64,000 nucleotides of DNA from Bryobacteraceae bacterium (lineage in GTDB: Bacteria; Acidobacteriota; Terriglobia; Bryobacterales; Bryobacteraceae), in contig JAXLQL010000020.1 in assembly GCA_046331625.1 (NCBI GenBank), positions 102,452 to 166,451 of the forward strand. The letters run 5' to 3'. Positions within the stretch are counted from its first letter, which is position 1. Each line of letters starts with the position of its first letter. Shown in pieces: positions 1 through 10,474 of the stretch. Made by a program: the position numbers and the translations under genes. The notes beneath the pieces were generated by a model that saw nothing but the letters and a program-made list of their open reading frames with translations, had not been told where the DNA came from and ran no database searches.

Positions 1-704
1 GCGACGATGTCGATTGGCTCGCCGACCCCGCCGGTATCGCCGAACCGCGCGGACTCTCGCACCCCGCGCAAGACGTGCTCGCGGAACTCCGCCAGACCGG
101 CGCGTCCTTCTTCAACGATCTCGTGCGCGGCGCGCATCGCCTTCCGAGCGAAGTCGAAGACGCTCTCTGGGAGCTCGTCGCCGCCGGACTCGTCACTGCC
201 GACGGCTTCGAAAACCTCCGCGCTCTGATCGATCCCAAGCGCCGGAAAGGCGAGGGTCGAGGGCGCACATCGCGTCCACGCCACGCCGCCGGACGCTGGG
301 CCCTGATCCGCTACCGCAAAGACGCCGTCACGCCCGAGCAGCGCATCGAGCGCTTCGCCCGCCAGTTACTCGAACGCTGGGGCGTCGTCATGCGCGATCT
401 GCTCGCCCGCGAAACCCTCGCTCCGCCCTGGCGCGACCTCTTACTCGCCCTCCGCACCATGGAAGCCCGCGGCGAGATCCGCGGCGGCCGCTTCGTGGCC
501 GGGTTCTCGGGCGAGCAGTACGCCAAGCCCGAGGCCATCGAGTTGCTGCGCGGAGTCCGTCGCAGCGCCTCCGATGCCGACGACCAGCTCGCCATCCCCA
601 GCGCCGATCCGCTCAACCTCGCCGGTATCATCCTCCCCGGGCCTCGCATCAACCCCCTCGCCGCTGGCTTCGTGCGGCTGGCCGACTACCGGGTCCCCGC
701 GTGA
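1..704 (+). CDS. C-terminal fragment of an Lhr-like DEAD/DEAH-box helicase (5' end lies outside the window)
   Basis: The frame is open from the window edge. The translation carries the conserved Lhr-family C-terminal block (...MEARGEIRGGRFVAGFSGEQYAKPEAIELLR...). No helicase motifs are in the window, so this is only the C-terminal domain. Confidence 0.55.
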   Translation, partial: DDVDWLADPAGIAEPRGLSHPAQDVLAELRQTGASFFNDLVRGAHRLPSEVEDALWELVAAGLVTADGFENLRALIDPKRRKGEGRGRTSRPRHAAGRWALIRYRKDAVTPEQRIERFARQLLERWGVVMRDLLARETLAPPWRDLLLALRTMEARGEIRGGRFVAGFSGEQYAKPEAIELLRGVRRSASDADDQLAIPSADPLNLAGIILPGPRINPLAAGFVRLADYRVPA

Positions 705-755
705 ATCCGGCATGCGAATCCACGGCCACCGTCGTCTGTTCCGAACTTGCCCCGC

Positions 756-2471
756 TCACTCCTCTTCGCCCCGGCCCCACCACCACCCATAGAACCCCAC
801 CGACACCGCCCACCCCACCACCGCGATCGCAAAAAACCTGGCGTCCTGCCGCATCAGATTCGACGCTGCGAACGCCGCTACTACCTGCGTCAACCCCGAA
901 GGCAGCAGCGCTCCGTGCACGAATCCCCACTTCTCCTGCGCCACCGGTTGCCGCACTGAGTGATGATGCCCCACTGCCAGTACAGCCAACGCCGCCGCTA
1001 GCCCACTCATCGGATCGAGTCCCGCCGTCAACGCCAACGCCACAGCCATGAACGCCATGTCTTTCGCCAACAGGATCCGCCACCCGGAGATCGGCAGCAT
1101 CCGATATCGCGTGAATCCAGACCGCGCCTCGAGTCCGAACAAACACTGCGCGTACGTGCTGAGTATGATCACCACCAGCATCGCCACCATGGGGCGAAAC
1201 TCGGGCTCGGCGGCGGGCCGCAATAACCGAAACGCCACGCCTGACGCGGCCAGCAGTGCGGCGATCCAGGTATCCAGCACGCACAGCATTTCGCGCAGGT
1301 TCTTGCGCATCAGTTGCCCCATTGTGCCCGGTAGCGCGGGGATCCATCGGAGTAAGTTCACTCGCGGCACGCGCGCCAGAAGCAGTTTCACGCCTTGCAC
1401 CGCGACCGCTGCTGCCGCTAACTGCAACGCCGCCGCGCGCCCCTTGGAAAAGAGCACCAGTAATAGAGCCACCCAGGCCACCGGAGTCAGCACCAGGCTC
1501 CCTGCCCGCACCGCAAGCCACTCGGCTGGAGTCAGTGGCCACAAGTGCCGCCGTTCTTCCGGGATCTTCGCCGCGGGTGATGAGCTCAACGGAACCAGCA
1601 GAGCGGCCGCGGCCAGCACCATCACAAACATCCCCGCTGGCCCCAGAAAATACAGCACCAGTAACAGGTTGTTTCCGCCCACCGAGTGATAGCGTTTTTG
1701 CTCCCGGGCAACCAGGCGCCCGAGTGCCTTCAGGACCGCCGCGATCCGAGCCATGGCAAGTCCAATTGCGGTGGCGCTTCCACCAGATCGAAGTAGTGCT
1801 CCTCGAGCGATTCCGGCATTCCGATTGCGCCGAGTCCACACGAGCGCTCCCTTACGCAGGAAGAGGATCCGCTGCGCGAGAGTCTCCACGATCGGGAGAA
1901 TGTGCGCTGTCAGCAGGATCGTCACGCCGCGCCGCGCCAGCTCGACGATTAGGTTCTGAATCGTGCGAGAGGTCACCGGATCGATCCCCTCGAACGGCTC
2001 GTCCAAAAACAAAACCCGAGGATCATGTATCAGGGCCAGCGCAAGCGCGGTCTTCTTGCGCATCCCGTGCGAGCACTCCCCAGCGAACGTGTCACGGCCA
2101 TTTTCGAGCGCCAGCGTGTGGATGAGATCGTCCGCGCGCTTGCGGCGCTCGGTTGCCGGGATGCCGTAGACCGAGCCCGCCAGGTCGAGATGCTCGCTCA
2201 CGGTCAGCATATCGAACAGGCCGAGGTTTTCCGGCACCACGCCGATCGCCTGCTTCACCTGATCCGGCTGCTTCGCCACATCGAGTCCGGCCACAGCAGC
2301 CGCCCCACTGCTCGGAGCGAGCAACCCCGTCAGCATCTTCACGATCGTCGACTTGCCCGCTCCGTTCGGACCGAGCAGCGCGCAAATCGAGCCACTCGCG
2401 ATCTCGAACGAGACCTTGTCCACGGCCGTGAAGTCGTCGAACCGGCGCGTCAGTTCTTTCGAGGAAATCAT
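756..2471 (-). CDS. ABC transporter, fused ATP-binding and permease protein
   Basis: From the ATG at 2471 ([11 protein letters not shown]...) the translation shows Walker A (GPNGAGKST), an ABC signature-like SHGMRKK, Walker B (LFLDEP) and an H-loop (LTAH). Multiple predicted TM helices follow in the same frame with no stop between them. The start ATG overlaps the mnmG stop in an ATGA arrangement. Confidence 0.75.
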   Translation of the reverse strand: MISSKELTRRFDDFTAVDKVSFEIASGSICALLGPNGAGKSTIVKMLTGLLAPSSGAAAVAGLDVAKQPDQVKQAIGVVPENLGLFDMLTVSEHLDLAGSVYGIPATERRKRADDLIHTLALENGRDTFAGECSHGMRKKTALALALIHDPRVLFLDEPFEGIDPVTSRTIQNLIVELARRGVTILLTAHILPIVETLAQRILFLRKGALVWTRRNRNAGIARGALLRSGGSATAIGLAMARIAAVLKALGRLVAREQKRYHSVGGNNLLLVLYFLGPAGMFVMVLAAAALLVPLSSSPAAKIPEERRHLWPLTPAEWLAVRAGSLVLTPVAWVALLLVLFSKGRAAALQLAAAAVAVQGVKLLLARVPRVNLLRWIPALPGTMGQLMRKNLREMLCVLDTWIAALLAASGVAFRLLRPAAEPEFRPMVAMLVVIILSTYAQCLFGLEARSGFTRYRMLPISGWRILLAKDMAFMAVALALTAGLDPMSGLAAALAVLAVGHHHSVRQPVAQEKWGFVHGALLPSGLTQVVAAFAASNLMRQDARFFAIAVVGWAVSVGFYGWWWGRGEEE

Positions 2472-4318
2472 CGTTCCAAACTCAGATAGACGTCGAGCAC
2501 GGCAATTGCGGCCGGCGTCACTCCCGGAATTCTCGCTGCTTGCCCCAGCGTCTCTGGCCCAACGCGCTCCAGCTTCTCGCGGATCTCGCGCGACAACCCT
2601 GGAATCCCGCCATAAGCGAAGCCAGCCGGAATCGGCCGCCGTTCGGCGTCTTTGAGGCGCCCGATCTGGCGCTCCTGTTGCGAGATGTAGCCCGCGTACT
2701 TGAGCTCGGTCTCGACAGTCGCGAGCACGTTCGCGAGCGGTGGTTCGCCCAGCGCCTCGGCGATCCACCCGCGCAGATGCGCGATGCCGGCCTCGGGTCG
2801 CCGCACCCACACTGCGAGCGTGGGCCGCTCGTCAATGGCGAATGAGTACGAGGGCAGCCGCGCTGGATCCACGCGAGTGCGATTCATCCAATCGAGGATG
2901 CGCGCCTTCTGCGATTGCTTGCGCTCATAGCGCTCCCACCGATCGTCACGCACCAAGCCCACGCGCCGCCCGAGCGGAGTCAACCGGTCATCGGCGTTGT
3001 CGATCCGCAGATGCAAGCGGAACTCGGCGCGCGAGGTGAACATGCGATACGGCTCATCGGCGCCCTTGGTAATCAGGTCGTCGATCAGGATCCCCGCATA
3101 GCCTTCTGTGCGCCCCACCACCACCGGATCGAGTCCGCCGAGCTTGCACGCCGCGTTGATCCCGGCGAGGATCCCCTGACAAGCCGCTTCTTCGTAACCC
3201 GAGGTCCCATTGATCTGCCCGGCCAGAAACAGCCCCGGAATCTTTTTTACTTCAAGCGTGTGCAAGAGCTCGCGCGGATCGATGGCGTCATATTCGATCG
3301 CATATCCGGGCCGGATCATCTCCGCATTCTCGAGCCCAGGAATCGATTCGATCATCGCCGCCTGCACGTCGATCGGCATGCTGGTCGACATGCCGTTCAC
3401 GTAGACCTCGTTCGTGTCGAGCCCCTCGGGTTCGAGGAAAATCTGGTGCCGGCCCTTGTCGGGGAACTTCATGAACTTGTCCTCGATCGAAGGACAATAC
3501 CGCGGACCGATCCCTTCGATCTGTCCGCTATAGAGCGGTGAGCGTGAGATCGCCGCCGTCAAAACATCTTTGGTGCGATCCGTGGTGTAGCCGATGAAGC
3601 ACTCCACTTGCTTGCGCTCGATGCGATCGGTGAGGAACGAAAACGGCGTCGGCTCGTCATCGCCCTTTTGTGGCTCGAATTGTCGCCAGTCGATGGTTCG
3701 CCCATCCAGCCGCGGAGGCGTGCCCGTCTTGAGGCGGGTCCATTGGAGTCCGCTCGAGCGGAGTCGATCGCCCAGCAATTGCGAGGGCGCTTCGCCATTG
3801 CGGCCGCAACTGTACTTGGTCTCGCCCACGTGCGCGAGCCCGTTGAGGAACGTGCCGGTGGTGATGATCACCACACCCGCACGCACTTCGCGCCCATCGC
3901 GCAGCGCCACGCCACACACGCGCCGGCCGTCGTCGAACACCAGCGCTGCTACTTCCGCCTGCACGATCCGCAGGTTCGGCTCGCGCTCGAGCACCTCGCG
4001 CATGCGCACGCGGTACTGCTTCTTATCGCATTGCGCACGCGGCGACCACACCGCCGGACCGCGGCTCGTATTCAGCAGCCGGAACTGGATCCCCACCGCA
4101 TCGGTCACCTCGCCCATCACGCCGCCGAGCGCATCCACTTCACGCACCAGGTGTCCCTTGGCAATGCCGCCGATCGCCGGGTTGCACGACATCTGCGCGA
4201 TGAGGTCGAGATTCATCGTCACCATCGCCGTGCGCAGCCCCATGCGTGCGCACGCCCGCGCCGCTTCGCAGCCTGCGTGGCCGGCGCCGACAATGATCAC
4301 GTCGTAAGAGGCGGGCAT
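2468..4318 (-). CDS. mnmG: tRNA uridine 5-carboxymethylaminomethyl modification enzyme MnmG (GidA)
   Basis: Full-length 616 aa. N-terminal FAD-binding motif [16 protein letters not shown] and conserved MnmG blocks throughout ([25 protein letters not shown]). Confidence 0.95.
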   Translation of the reverse strand: MPASYDVIIVGAGHAGCEAARACARMGLRTAMVTMNLDLIAQMSCNPAIGGIAKGHLVREVDALGGVMGEVTDAVGIQFRLLNTSRGPAVWSPRAQCDKKQYRVRMREVLEREPNLRIVQAEVAALVFDDGRRVCGVALRDGREVRAGVVIITTGTFLNGLAHVGETKYSCGRNGEAPSQLLGDRLRSSGLQWTRLKTGTPPRLDGRTIDWRQFEPQKGDDEPTPFSFLTDRIERKQVECFIGYTTDRTKDVLTAAISRSPLYSGQIEGIGPRYCPSIEDKFMKFPDKGRHQIFLEPEGLDTNEVYVNGMSTSMPIDVQAAMIESIPGLENAEMIRPGYAIEYDAIDPRELLHTLEVKKIPGLFLAGQINGTSGYEEAACQGILAGINAACKLGGLDPVVVGRTEGYAGILIDDLITKGADEPYRMFTSRAEFRLHLRIDNADDRLTPLGRRVGLVRDDRWERYERKQSQKARILDWMNRTRVDPARLPSYSFAIDERPTLAVWVRRPEAGIAHLRGWIAEALGEPPLANVLATVETELKYAGYISQQERQIGRLKDAERRPIPAGFAYGGIPGLSREIREKLERVGPETLGQAARIPGVTPAAIAVLDVYLSLER

Positions 4319-4420
4319 GGGGATGGAAGGGGTGTTCGTTTCATTTTACTGTGGAGCCGGGCTTGCGCTTGTTCGGCGGTGCTGGTATTCTCCTGTAGGT
4401 AAACTAAAGGAACGCTGCCA

Positions 4421-4744
4421 ATGCCTCGTGAAATCCTTCCTGGCACTCTGGACCTCATGGTCCTCAAATCGCTCGACACCGTAGGCTCGATGCACGGCTA
4501 CGGCATCGCGCAACGCATCATCCAGATCTCAGACGGCATTCTCGATCTCAACCAGGGCTCGCTCTACCCGGCTCTCCTCAAGATGGAACAGCGCGGCTGG
4601 ATCTCCAGCGCTTACGGGCAGTCAGACAACAATCGCCGCGCGCGCTTCTACTCGTTGACGGCGGCCGGGCGGCGGCGCCTCAAGGTCGAAATCGAAGAGT
4701 GGCTCGGAACGGTTCGAATCATGGCGCGTTTGCTGGAGGCTTGA
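4421..4744 (+). CDS. PadR-family transcriptional regulator
   Basis: 107 aa winged-HTH PadR signature (LDLMVLKSL...MHGYGIAQRI...GSLYPALLKMEQRGWI). It sits 4 nt upstream of the ADOP permease, the canonical PadR-ADOP pairing of Acidobacteria. Confidence 0.9.
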   Translation: MPREILPGTLDLMVLKSLDTVGSMHGYGIAQRIIQISDGILDLNQGSLYPALLKMEQRGWISSAYGQSDNNRRARFYSLTAAGRRRLKVEIEEWLGTVRIMARLLEA

Positions 4745-4748
4745 AACC

Positions 4749-7370
4749 ATGCGCGAATTGCTGACACGTTTGCTCCATTCCTTTCGGCGGCGGCAATCGG
4801 ACGATCGCATCGCCGAAGAGACGGCATTTCATCTCGACATGCTCGAAGCCGAGTATCGCGCGAAAGGCCTCGGCCCTTCTCAAGCGCGCGACGCCGCACG
4901 CAGAGAGTTCGGCGGACTCACGCAAATGCAGGATCAGTTTCGCGACCAGGCGAGTCTGCCTTGGCTCGACGCCCTTCTTCGCGATCTCGCATTCGCGCTC
5001 CGGTCATTTTCGAAGACTCCCGGCACCACGGCGCTCATCGTCATGACGCTTGCTCTCGGCATCGGAGCGAACACGGCGGTCTTCAGCCTCTTGCATGAAC
5101 TCCTGCTGCGTCCTCTGCCGTTTGAAAATGCCGGCCGGCTGGTGACGGTCGGCAGAAGGTGGCCGGAAGGAGTCGGAGCGGTCACGCCAAAGGAGTTCGT
5201 TCTGATCCGCGACCACGCAAAGAGCTTCGAAGCCGTGGGCCTCCGGTTCATGTACAAAGGCGAGAACGTGGAAACGCCCGGAATGGCGCGCCACGAGAAG
5301 GCGTTGCGAGTTTCAGATGGATACTTCGGCGTTCGTTCCGCCCAAGCGTTTCTGGGGCGAACCTTCCTCGCCGAAGAAGACGTGCCGCATGGCCCGAACG
5401 TAGCGATCCTCAGTTTCGCGTTCTGGCAGGAAGCCTTCCAGGGCGACGCAGCGATGCTCGGGCGCGCGATTCGGATCGGCGGAGTTCCGCACACAGTAAT
5501 CGGCGTCATGCCCGCGGACTACGATCCGGCGGACCAAGCGCGATTGTGGTTGCCGCTCCAAAACGCGGGCACCGGCAATGACAATAACTACGGGATGTCG
5601 GCGCGGCTGCGGCCCGAGGTGACGGCGGAGCAAGCATCGGCGGAAGTGGATGCGCTCTTCAGGGAACAACTCGACCGTGGCCGCGTCCAGCGCCTGCCCG
5701 CCGCAGTGGTCTCCATGCGTGAGGACCAGGCATCTGAGTTCCGGCAACCTATCCTGCTCCTCTATGGCGGCGTCTGCATCGTGCTGCTCGTGGCTTGCCT
5801 CAACGTCGCGAATCTCTTGGTCGCCAGGTCCGCCGCTCGGGAAAAGGAGATCGCGGTGCGCGCTGCAATCGGCGCCGGCCGCGGCCGCATTGTGCGCCAA
5901 GTGCTCACCGAAAGCGTGTTGCTCTCGGCTTTCGGATGCCTGGCGGGCCTCGCCATCGGCAAGTTGTTTCTCTGGGTTCTCACGAGCCTGATTCCTTACC
6001 GCGAGTTTCAGCATGTGGAGCTATCGCGATTCGCGCTTCTATGGACCATCGGCATTTCCTTCGCTGCCGGCGTGGCTTTCGGCCTCGCGCCCGTGCGGCA
6101 TTCGATCCGCCTGCGGCTTGCCGACGCGCTCAAGGTGGCAAGCGGACGTGCGTCCGCGGCACGCTCCGCTCTGCGGATGCGACAGATCCTCGTGGTCAGC
6201 CAGGTGTCCCTTTCAACCATCCTGCTTGCGATGGCGGGACTGCTCATCCACACCATCCTGAATCTGCGCGCCGTTGATTTGGGATTCGATCCACGCGGAG
6301 TCATGACCGCGCCGATGACGCTCAATGCCGACAAGCTCGCCGACAAGGACTCGCTGCTGACGTACTATCGCCAAGCAGTGGATCGCGTGCGCCAAGTCCC
6401 CGGTATCAAGAGCGTCGCCATCACCACGCAGTTACCTGTGCAAGGCCAGTTCAATCTTCCGTTTGAGTTGCTCGACTCCCCGTCGCTACGCGGGCCCCGA
6501 GGGATGCAGGCGCGCATTCAGACCGTGGACACGTTTCGAACACTCGGCATGCGGATCGTGCGCGGGCGCGATTTCGAGCTTTCCGATCAAACGTCGTCTT
6601 CGCCTGTCGCGGTAGTGAACGAAGCTTTCGCGAAACGCTATTTCGCGGGAAGGGAAGTGCTCGGCCAACGCTTCACGGCGAAGCCCCTGGGGACTCCGGA
6701 TGTCTGGTCGATCGTTGGCGTCGTCAATGACGTCCACGAAACCGGTATTCGCAGCGCGGCGCCTCCCGTGATCTATCTCCTGATGGATCAGGCGCCTCTT
6801 CGCATGCTCCAGATCGTGCATTCCTTCATTCCGGCCAAGTGGGTGATGCGGATGCAGCCTGGTGCGGGCATGAACGCCGCGGCCGAGGTCCGCCGAGCAG
6901 CCGGATCGCTCGACGCCACCCAGCCCTTCCAGGAATTCGTATGGATGGACACGATTGTCTCAGCCACCATGAACATAGAGCGCTTTCTCGGGATGCTACT
7001 CGGAGCATTCGGACTGCTGACACTCATCATGGTCGCCAGCGGACTCTACGGGACTCTTGCGTACTCGGTGGAACAACGCAGACTCGAGATCGGTGTCCGC
7101 GTGGCGTTGGGCGCGGTGGCGTCGGATGTCGCTGGCATGATCGTGGGAAGCGCGTTGAAGCAGGTGGGAATGGGCCTGGCATTGGGGCTCGCGGGCAGCT
7201 ACGCCACATCCAAAGCACTGCGGAGCCTGCTGTTCCAGATCGAGCCTCTCGATGTGGCCAGCCTCGTGGCTGCGGCTGGGGCGTTGCTTCTGGTGGGCGC
7301 AATTGCCGCCGCTGGGCCGAGCCTCATGGCCGTGCGCACCGATCCGATCCGGAGTCTCCGCACAGAATAA
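4749..7370 (+). CDS. ADOP-family (MacB-like) ABC permease with duplicated FtsX domains
   Basis: 873 aa. The N-terminal region FRRRQSDDRIAEETAFHLDMLEAEYRAKGL...REFGGL is the conserved ADOP N-terminus. There are two FtsX-type four-TM permease modules and it ends ...VRTDPIRSLRTE. Confidence 0.9.
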   Translation: MRELLTRLLHSFRRRQSDDRIAEETAFHLDMLEAEYRAKGLGPSQARDAARREFGGLTQMQDQFRDQASLPWLDALLRDLAFALRSFSKTPGTTALIVMTLALGIGANTAVFSLLHELLLRPLPFENAGRLVTVGRRWPEGVGAVTPKEFVLIRDHAKSFEAVGLRFMYKGENVETPGMARHEKALRVSDGYFGVRSAQAFLGRTFLAEEDVPHGPNVAILSFAFWQEAFQGDAAMLGRAIRIGGVPHTVIGVMPADYDPADQARLWLPLQNAGTGNDNNYGMSARLRPEVTAEQASAEVDALFREQLDRGRVQRLPAAVVSMREDQASEFRQPILLLYGGVCIVLLVACLNVANLLVARSAAREKEIAVRAAIGAGRGRIVRQVLTESVLLSAFGCLAGLAIGKLFLWVLTSLIPYREFQHVELSRFALLWTIGISFAAGVAFGLAPVRHSIRLRLADALKVASGRASAARSALRMRQILVVSQVSLSTILLAMAGLLIHTILNLRAVDLGFDPRGVMTAPMTLNADKLADKDSLLTYYRQAVDRVRQVPGIKSVAITTQLPVQGQFNLPFELLDSPSLRGPRGMQARIQTVDTFRTLGMRIVRGRDFELSDQTSSSPVAVVNEAFAKRYFAGREVLGQRFTAKPLGTPDVWSIVGVVNDVHETGIRSAAPPVIYLLMDQAPLRMLQIVHSFIPAKWVMRMQPGAGMNAAAEVRRAAGSLDATQPFQEFVWMDTIVSATMNIERFLGMLLGAFGLLTLIMVASGLYGTLAYSVEQRRLEIGVRVALGAVASDVAGMIVGSALKQVGMGLALGLAGSYATSKALRSLLFQIEPLDVASLVAAAGALLLVGAIAAAGPSLMAVRTDPIRSLRTE

Positions 7371-7462
7371 AGTTCGCGCCACCCGGCGGGCCCCTGCACC
7401 CTGAAGGCTGCCATTGTCGCGTTTCTCTCAGGCGGATCCCCGAGAGCGCCGCGAGAAAGGAC

Positions 7463-8434
7463 CGAGCCATGCCCTTCCAGTCCGAGTTCGGCGACAGCGA
7501 CAAACTCAACGCCTGCGCCGTCAATGACCCCGATCACGTAGGTGAGCAGTTCTCTTCGAAAGGCCCGTGGGTGGTGCTGATCAAGAAGGCGCTCAACGCC
7601 TGGTCCGCCAAGCAGCGGCCGGCACTTCCGGCGCTCGCCTCCAACGATTCTTTCGATCGAGACACGGGTGATCGCGTAGCTCTCTACAAGCTGCGCCACG
7701 CGCCGCCGATCCTCAACTATCAAGGCAAAATTGATCGCATTGTGGGGAAGAAGACGGTGGCTGCACTGGACCTCGAACTCCCCGCCAAGGCCACGCCCAC
7801 ACCCGCCATCACGATGTCGGCACTTGCCCAACGGGACCGCGCCACTTCGCTCGACTGGGCTCGATCAGCGGTCAAGTTCCTTACCGAGGCGCTCGCGTTT
7901 CTGGTCACGCCGCCGCCTCCACCGATACCCGGCATGCCGCCGCTCATGCCGCCTCGGGTCGGCCTCGCCTTCACGGCGCTCGAAATCCACTTCCACATCA
8001 GCACGGCCGCGATTTCCAAGGAGGATTTCATTCGCAAGGTCATCGAGATTTATCAAAAGGACATCAACGTGCTCGTCTCGAGCGCCTCGTTCTTCATCGA
8101 TGACACTACTTCCGCCGAGGCCACCAAAGGCACTCCCGCGCACGTGCCGTTCGGATCGGGCAAGGTGAACTTCACTCCCGCGTTTCGCGAGCGCTCGGGC
8201 GCCAAGGGCTTCGGACCCAACTGCCGCGCGGCGATGGTGTTGCACGAGCCCATCCACGTGGTGGATCATCCTGCAGCTTCGAGTGGAGCGAATCATGTTC
8301 ACGAGCGCGACGCCAAGTACGAAGCCCAGCCCGCGATGAACCAGTTGCACAACGCGCATTCCTACGCCTGTTTCGCGCAGCATGTGCACTTCGGCCGGGA
8401 TGAACGTTTCGGAATCGGGCGGCCAGCGGAGTAG
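7463..8434 (+). CDS. hypothetical protein with an N-terminal peptidoglycan-binding-like domain and a C-terminal HExxH zinc-metallopeptidase-like motif
   Basis: ATG at 7463 (MPFQSEFGD...). The N-terminus resembles the PG_binding_1 fold (WVVLIKKALNAWSA...DGDFDRDTGDRVALYK). A proline-rich linker (PPPPPIPGMPPLMPP) follows. The C-terminal part carries HEPIH (HExxH) plus further conserved His (HVHERD, HNAHSY). The upstream in-frame extension overlapping the permease is rejected. Confidence 0.5.
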   Translation, partial: RAMPFQSEFGDSDKLNACAVNDPDHVGEQFSSKGPWVVLIKKALNAWSAKQRPALPALASNDSFDRDTGDRVALYKLRHAPPILNYQGKIDRIVGKKTVAALDLELPAKATPTPAITMSALAQRDRATSLDWARSAVKFLTEALAFLVTPPPPPIPGMPPLMPPRVGLAFTALEIHFHISTAAISKEDFIRKVIEIYQKDINVLVSSASFFIDDTTSAEATKGTPAHVPFGSGKVNFTPAFRERSGAKGFGPNCRAAMVLHEPIHVVDHPAASSGANHVHERDAKYEAQPAMNQLHNAHSYACFAQHVHFGRDERFGIGRPAE

Positions 8435-8614
8435 CCACTCCCTCGTTCAAAGAAGCGTTCAGCGGTAGCCGCTCGATGAATTTACGAGCGGGCCGCTATA
8501 TCCCCCTTCACTGACGCGGCCCTCCGGTTGTCCGCCGAACGAGGTGGTAGTTGCCACCTCGAGGCTACCTGGGTTCACCAAGCCCTTTCGCGATGGAGCC
8601 CAGCGTGCGACCGC

Positions 8615-9358
8615 TCAAGCCAGGAACACGCCCCAGAATTTCTCCTCATCGATCTTTCTGAGCGCCGCACGCAAGAATGGATTCGCCACGGTCGGCAGGC
8701 GGATCGCCTGGGCCAGAAATCCCGTCTCCGATTCGAGCGCCTGCCGCAGCAGCGGCGCGATCGCGGCGGGTGCATCGGTGAACAGCACAGCCTTGCGCCA
8801 TGCACTCTCGCGCGCCTTCTCGATCGCGAACCCGGCGACCAACTCATCGGTGCGGCCGCCGGCAAAATCGAGCGCCGCAAGCACCGGAGCGTACAGCTTG
8901 GCCACGGAGTCTTGCACTTGGTCAGTGTGCGCTTCGAGGATTGCGTTCACCGCGAGATGATCGGCCTTGCGCAATGCGCGGTCCGGACCGATCCCGGCCG
9001 CAACGAGCGCGAGCGGCAAATCGCCATTGATGTGCGCGTTCATGCCGAGCACCAGATCCTGCAGCACGCTCGTTTCGCCCTTCACGGCTGCGTTGAACGC
9101 GATCTGCCAAGCCTTTGGGCAGTGCGCGAGGTCGCCGCCTTCGAACGCCTCGAGCGCGCCGCGATAGAGATTCGCGAACGCGACAAGGTAGCGCTCCACC
9201 CACACGTTGTCGCGAAACGCCCCTTGCCGGATCTTCTCGCCGACTCCGAGCGTGATCTGCACATACGCGGCGACGAAGACTCCGCGGTGATCGCGCACCT
9301 TCGTGAAGCGGTCCTGGAGCGCTTCGAAGTATGCGGTGGCTTCCGCAAGTGAGGTCAT
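8615..9358 (-). CDS. conserved hypothetical protein (DUF-type, 247 aa)
   Basis: Clean ORF with a protein-like composition. Its start overlaps the stop of the upstream ATP-grasp gene (9355-9358), indicating co-transcription. Confidence 0.55.
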   Translation of the reverse strand: MTSLAEATAYFEALQDRFTKVRDHRGVFVAAYVQITLGVGEKIRQGAFRDNVWVERYLVAFANLYRGALEAFEGGDLAHCPKAWQIAFNAAVKGETSVLQDLVLGMNAHINGDLPLALVAAGIGPDRALRKADHLAVNAILEAHTDQVQDSVAKLYAPVLAALDFAGGRTDELVAGFAIEKARESAWRKAVLFTDAPAAIAPLLRQALESETGFLAQAIRLPTVANPFLRAALRKIDEEKFWGVFLA

Positions 9359-10293
9359 GACCGGTGCCCCGCGAGCAGCGGCGCCCAGCGATATTCGACA
9401 GGCTGTGGCGGCTCGAGCGCGCGGCGAATGGCGAGGTCCGCGACGGCGCCCACCACCCAGCGGAAGTTGTCTTCGCCTACCGAGTGCATGTCGGCATCGG
9501 GCACGGGATTCATGAAGTCGATCGCGTAGGGCACGCCATTTTCCACGGCGAACTCGACAGTGTTGAAGTCATAGCCCAACGCGCGGCACAACTTCAGCGC
9601 GTCACCCACCACGCGGTTGTAGAGCACCGTGTCCACTGGCGCCGGATCGCGAACGTAGCGCATGTGATGCGGCTGGCGCGGATCGTAGACCATCACGCGC
9701 ACTTGCTCCTGCCCTACCACGTAGCAGCGGAAGTAGGCGTTGAAGCGAACGGCTCGCTGCAGGCACATGGGGAGGTCGCCGGTTTGATCGTAGGCCGAGA
9801 AGAAGTCGGCTGGTGAGGCGACCGGGTATACGTTCTTCCAGCCGCCGCCCGAGATCGGTTTGAGAAACGCGGGGAAGCCGACATAATCGAAGATCTCGGC
9901 CCAGCGCACGGGATACTCGAGATTGCGCATCGAGAGGCTGGTGGTTCCCGGCGGATGATCCTTGTGGGGCAGGATCACGGTGGGCGGCACGGCAACACCC
10001 AGCTTGTGGGCCAAAACATAATTGACGAATTTGTCGTCCGCCGACCACCAGAACGGATTGTTGATCACCACGGCGCCCTCGATCGCGGCGTGCTTCAGAT
10101 ACGAGCGATAGAAGGGGATGTCGTGCGAAATGCGGTCCACGATTACGTCGTAGGCCGGCTTCGCACCCAGCGCCGAATGGCTCACCTTGAGATGTTCGGC
10201 CGTGACGCCATCCACTTTGCGGGAGTTGATGCATTCCACCAGCGCCGGTGGAAATGTGTTCTCCATTCCGTAGAGGACCGCGATTCTCTTCAT
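9355..10293 (-). CDS. ATP-grasp domain protein (RimK/glutathione-synthetase-like ligase)
   Basis: ATP-grasp-like blocks (FPAFLKPISGGGWKNVYPV; YVVGQEQVRVMVYD; AIDFMNP). The start is taken at the ATG at 10293 (MKRIAVLYGME). The ORF track begins 8 codons earlier at a GTG at 10317. Confidence 0.65.
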   Translation of the reverse strand: MKRIAVLYGMENTFPPALVECINSRKVDGVTAEHLKVSHSALGAKPAYDVIVDRISHDIPFYRSYLKHAAIEGAVVINNPFWWSADDKFVNYVLAHKLGVAVPPTVILPHKDHPPGTTSLSMRNLEYPVRWAEIFDYVGFPAFLKPISGGGWKNVYPVASPADFFSAYDQTGDLPMCLQRAVRFNAYFRCYVVGQEQVRVMVYDPRQPHHMRYVRDPAPVDTVLYNRVVGDALKLCRALGYDFNTVEFAVENGVPYAIDFMNPVPDADMHSVGEDNFRWVVGAVADLAIRRALEPPQPVEYRWAPLLAGHRS

Positions 10294-10363
10294 GACGAAG
10301 TTCCGAGCATAGCGCACGCTACCGCATGCCGTAGGAAGTGTTCGGAAATCATGCCGGCTGTGC

Positions 10364-10406
10364 CGTGTAGGGCGGGCTTTAGCCAGCGCGGGACTTCAGT
10401 CCCGTT
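10364..10406. repeat. REP-like dual-hairpin element (variant copy)
   Basis: gtgtagGGCGGGCTttAGCCAGCGCGGGACTtcAGTCCCG, same family as the copy at 23099. Intergenic, between the ATP-grasp start and the rlmI end. Confidence 0.7.
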
Positions 10407-10474
10407 TCCGGCGTACGCACCAGCATCCGGCGGGACCTCGCAGCTTTTCAGCGAGATTGGACTACTCACTTCGC

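Noticed and set aside
14-1839. Several long overlapping ORFs (14-1051 plus, 649-1839 minus, 1256-2125 plus)
   Set aside because: Arg/Pro-rich nonsense translations in alternative frames of the helicase fragment and the ABC transporter gene.
2472-2810. 113-codon N-terminal extension of the ABC transporter ORF
   Set aside because: It would overlap the 3' end of mnmG and is Arg-rich. The ATG at 2471 gives the canonical ABC N-terminus and a clean ATGA coupling.
4390-4420. Weak pseudo-palindrome TAGGTAAACTA upstream of padR as a possible operator
   Set aside because: The symmetry is too weak and it does not match the usual PadR ATGT/ACAT half-sites.
8541-8565. Hairpin GAGGTGG-tagttg-CCACCTC between convergent genes
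   Set aside because: No flanking T-tract on either strand, so a terminator role is unsupported. Left unannotated.
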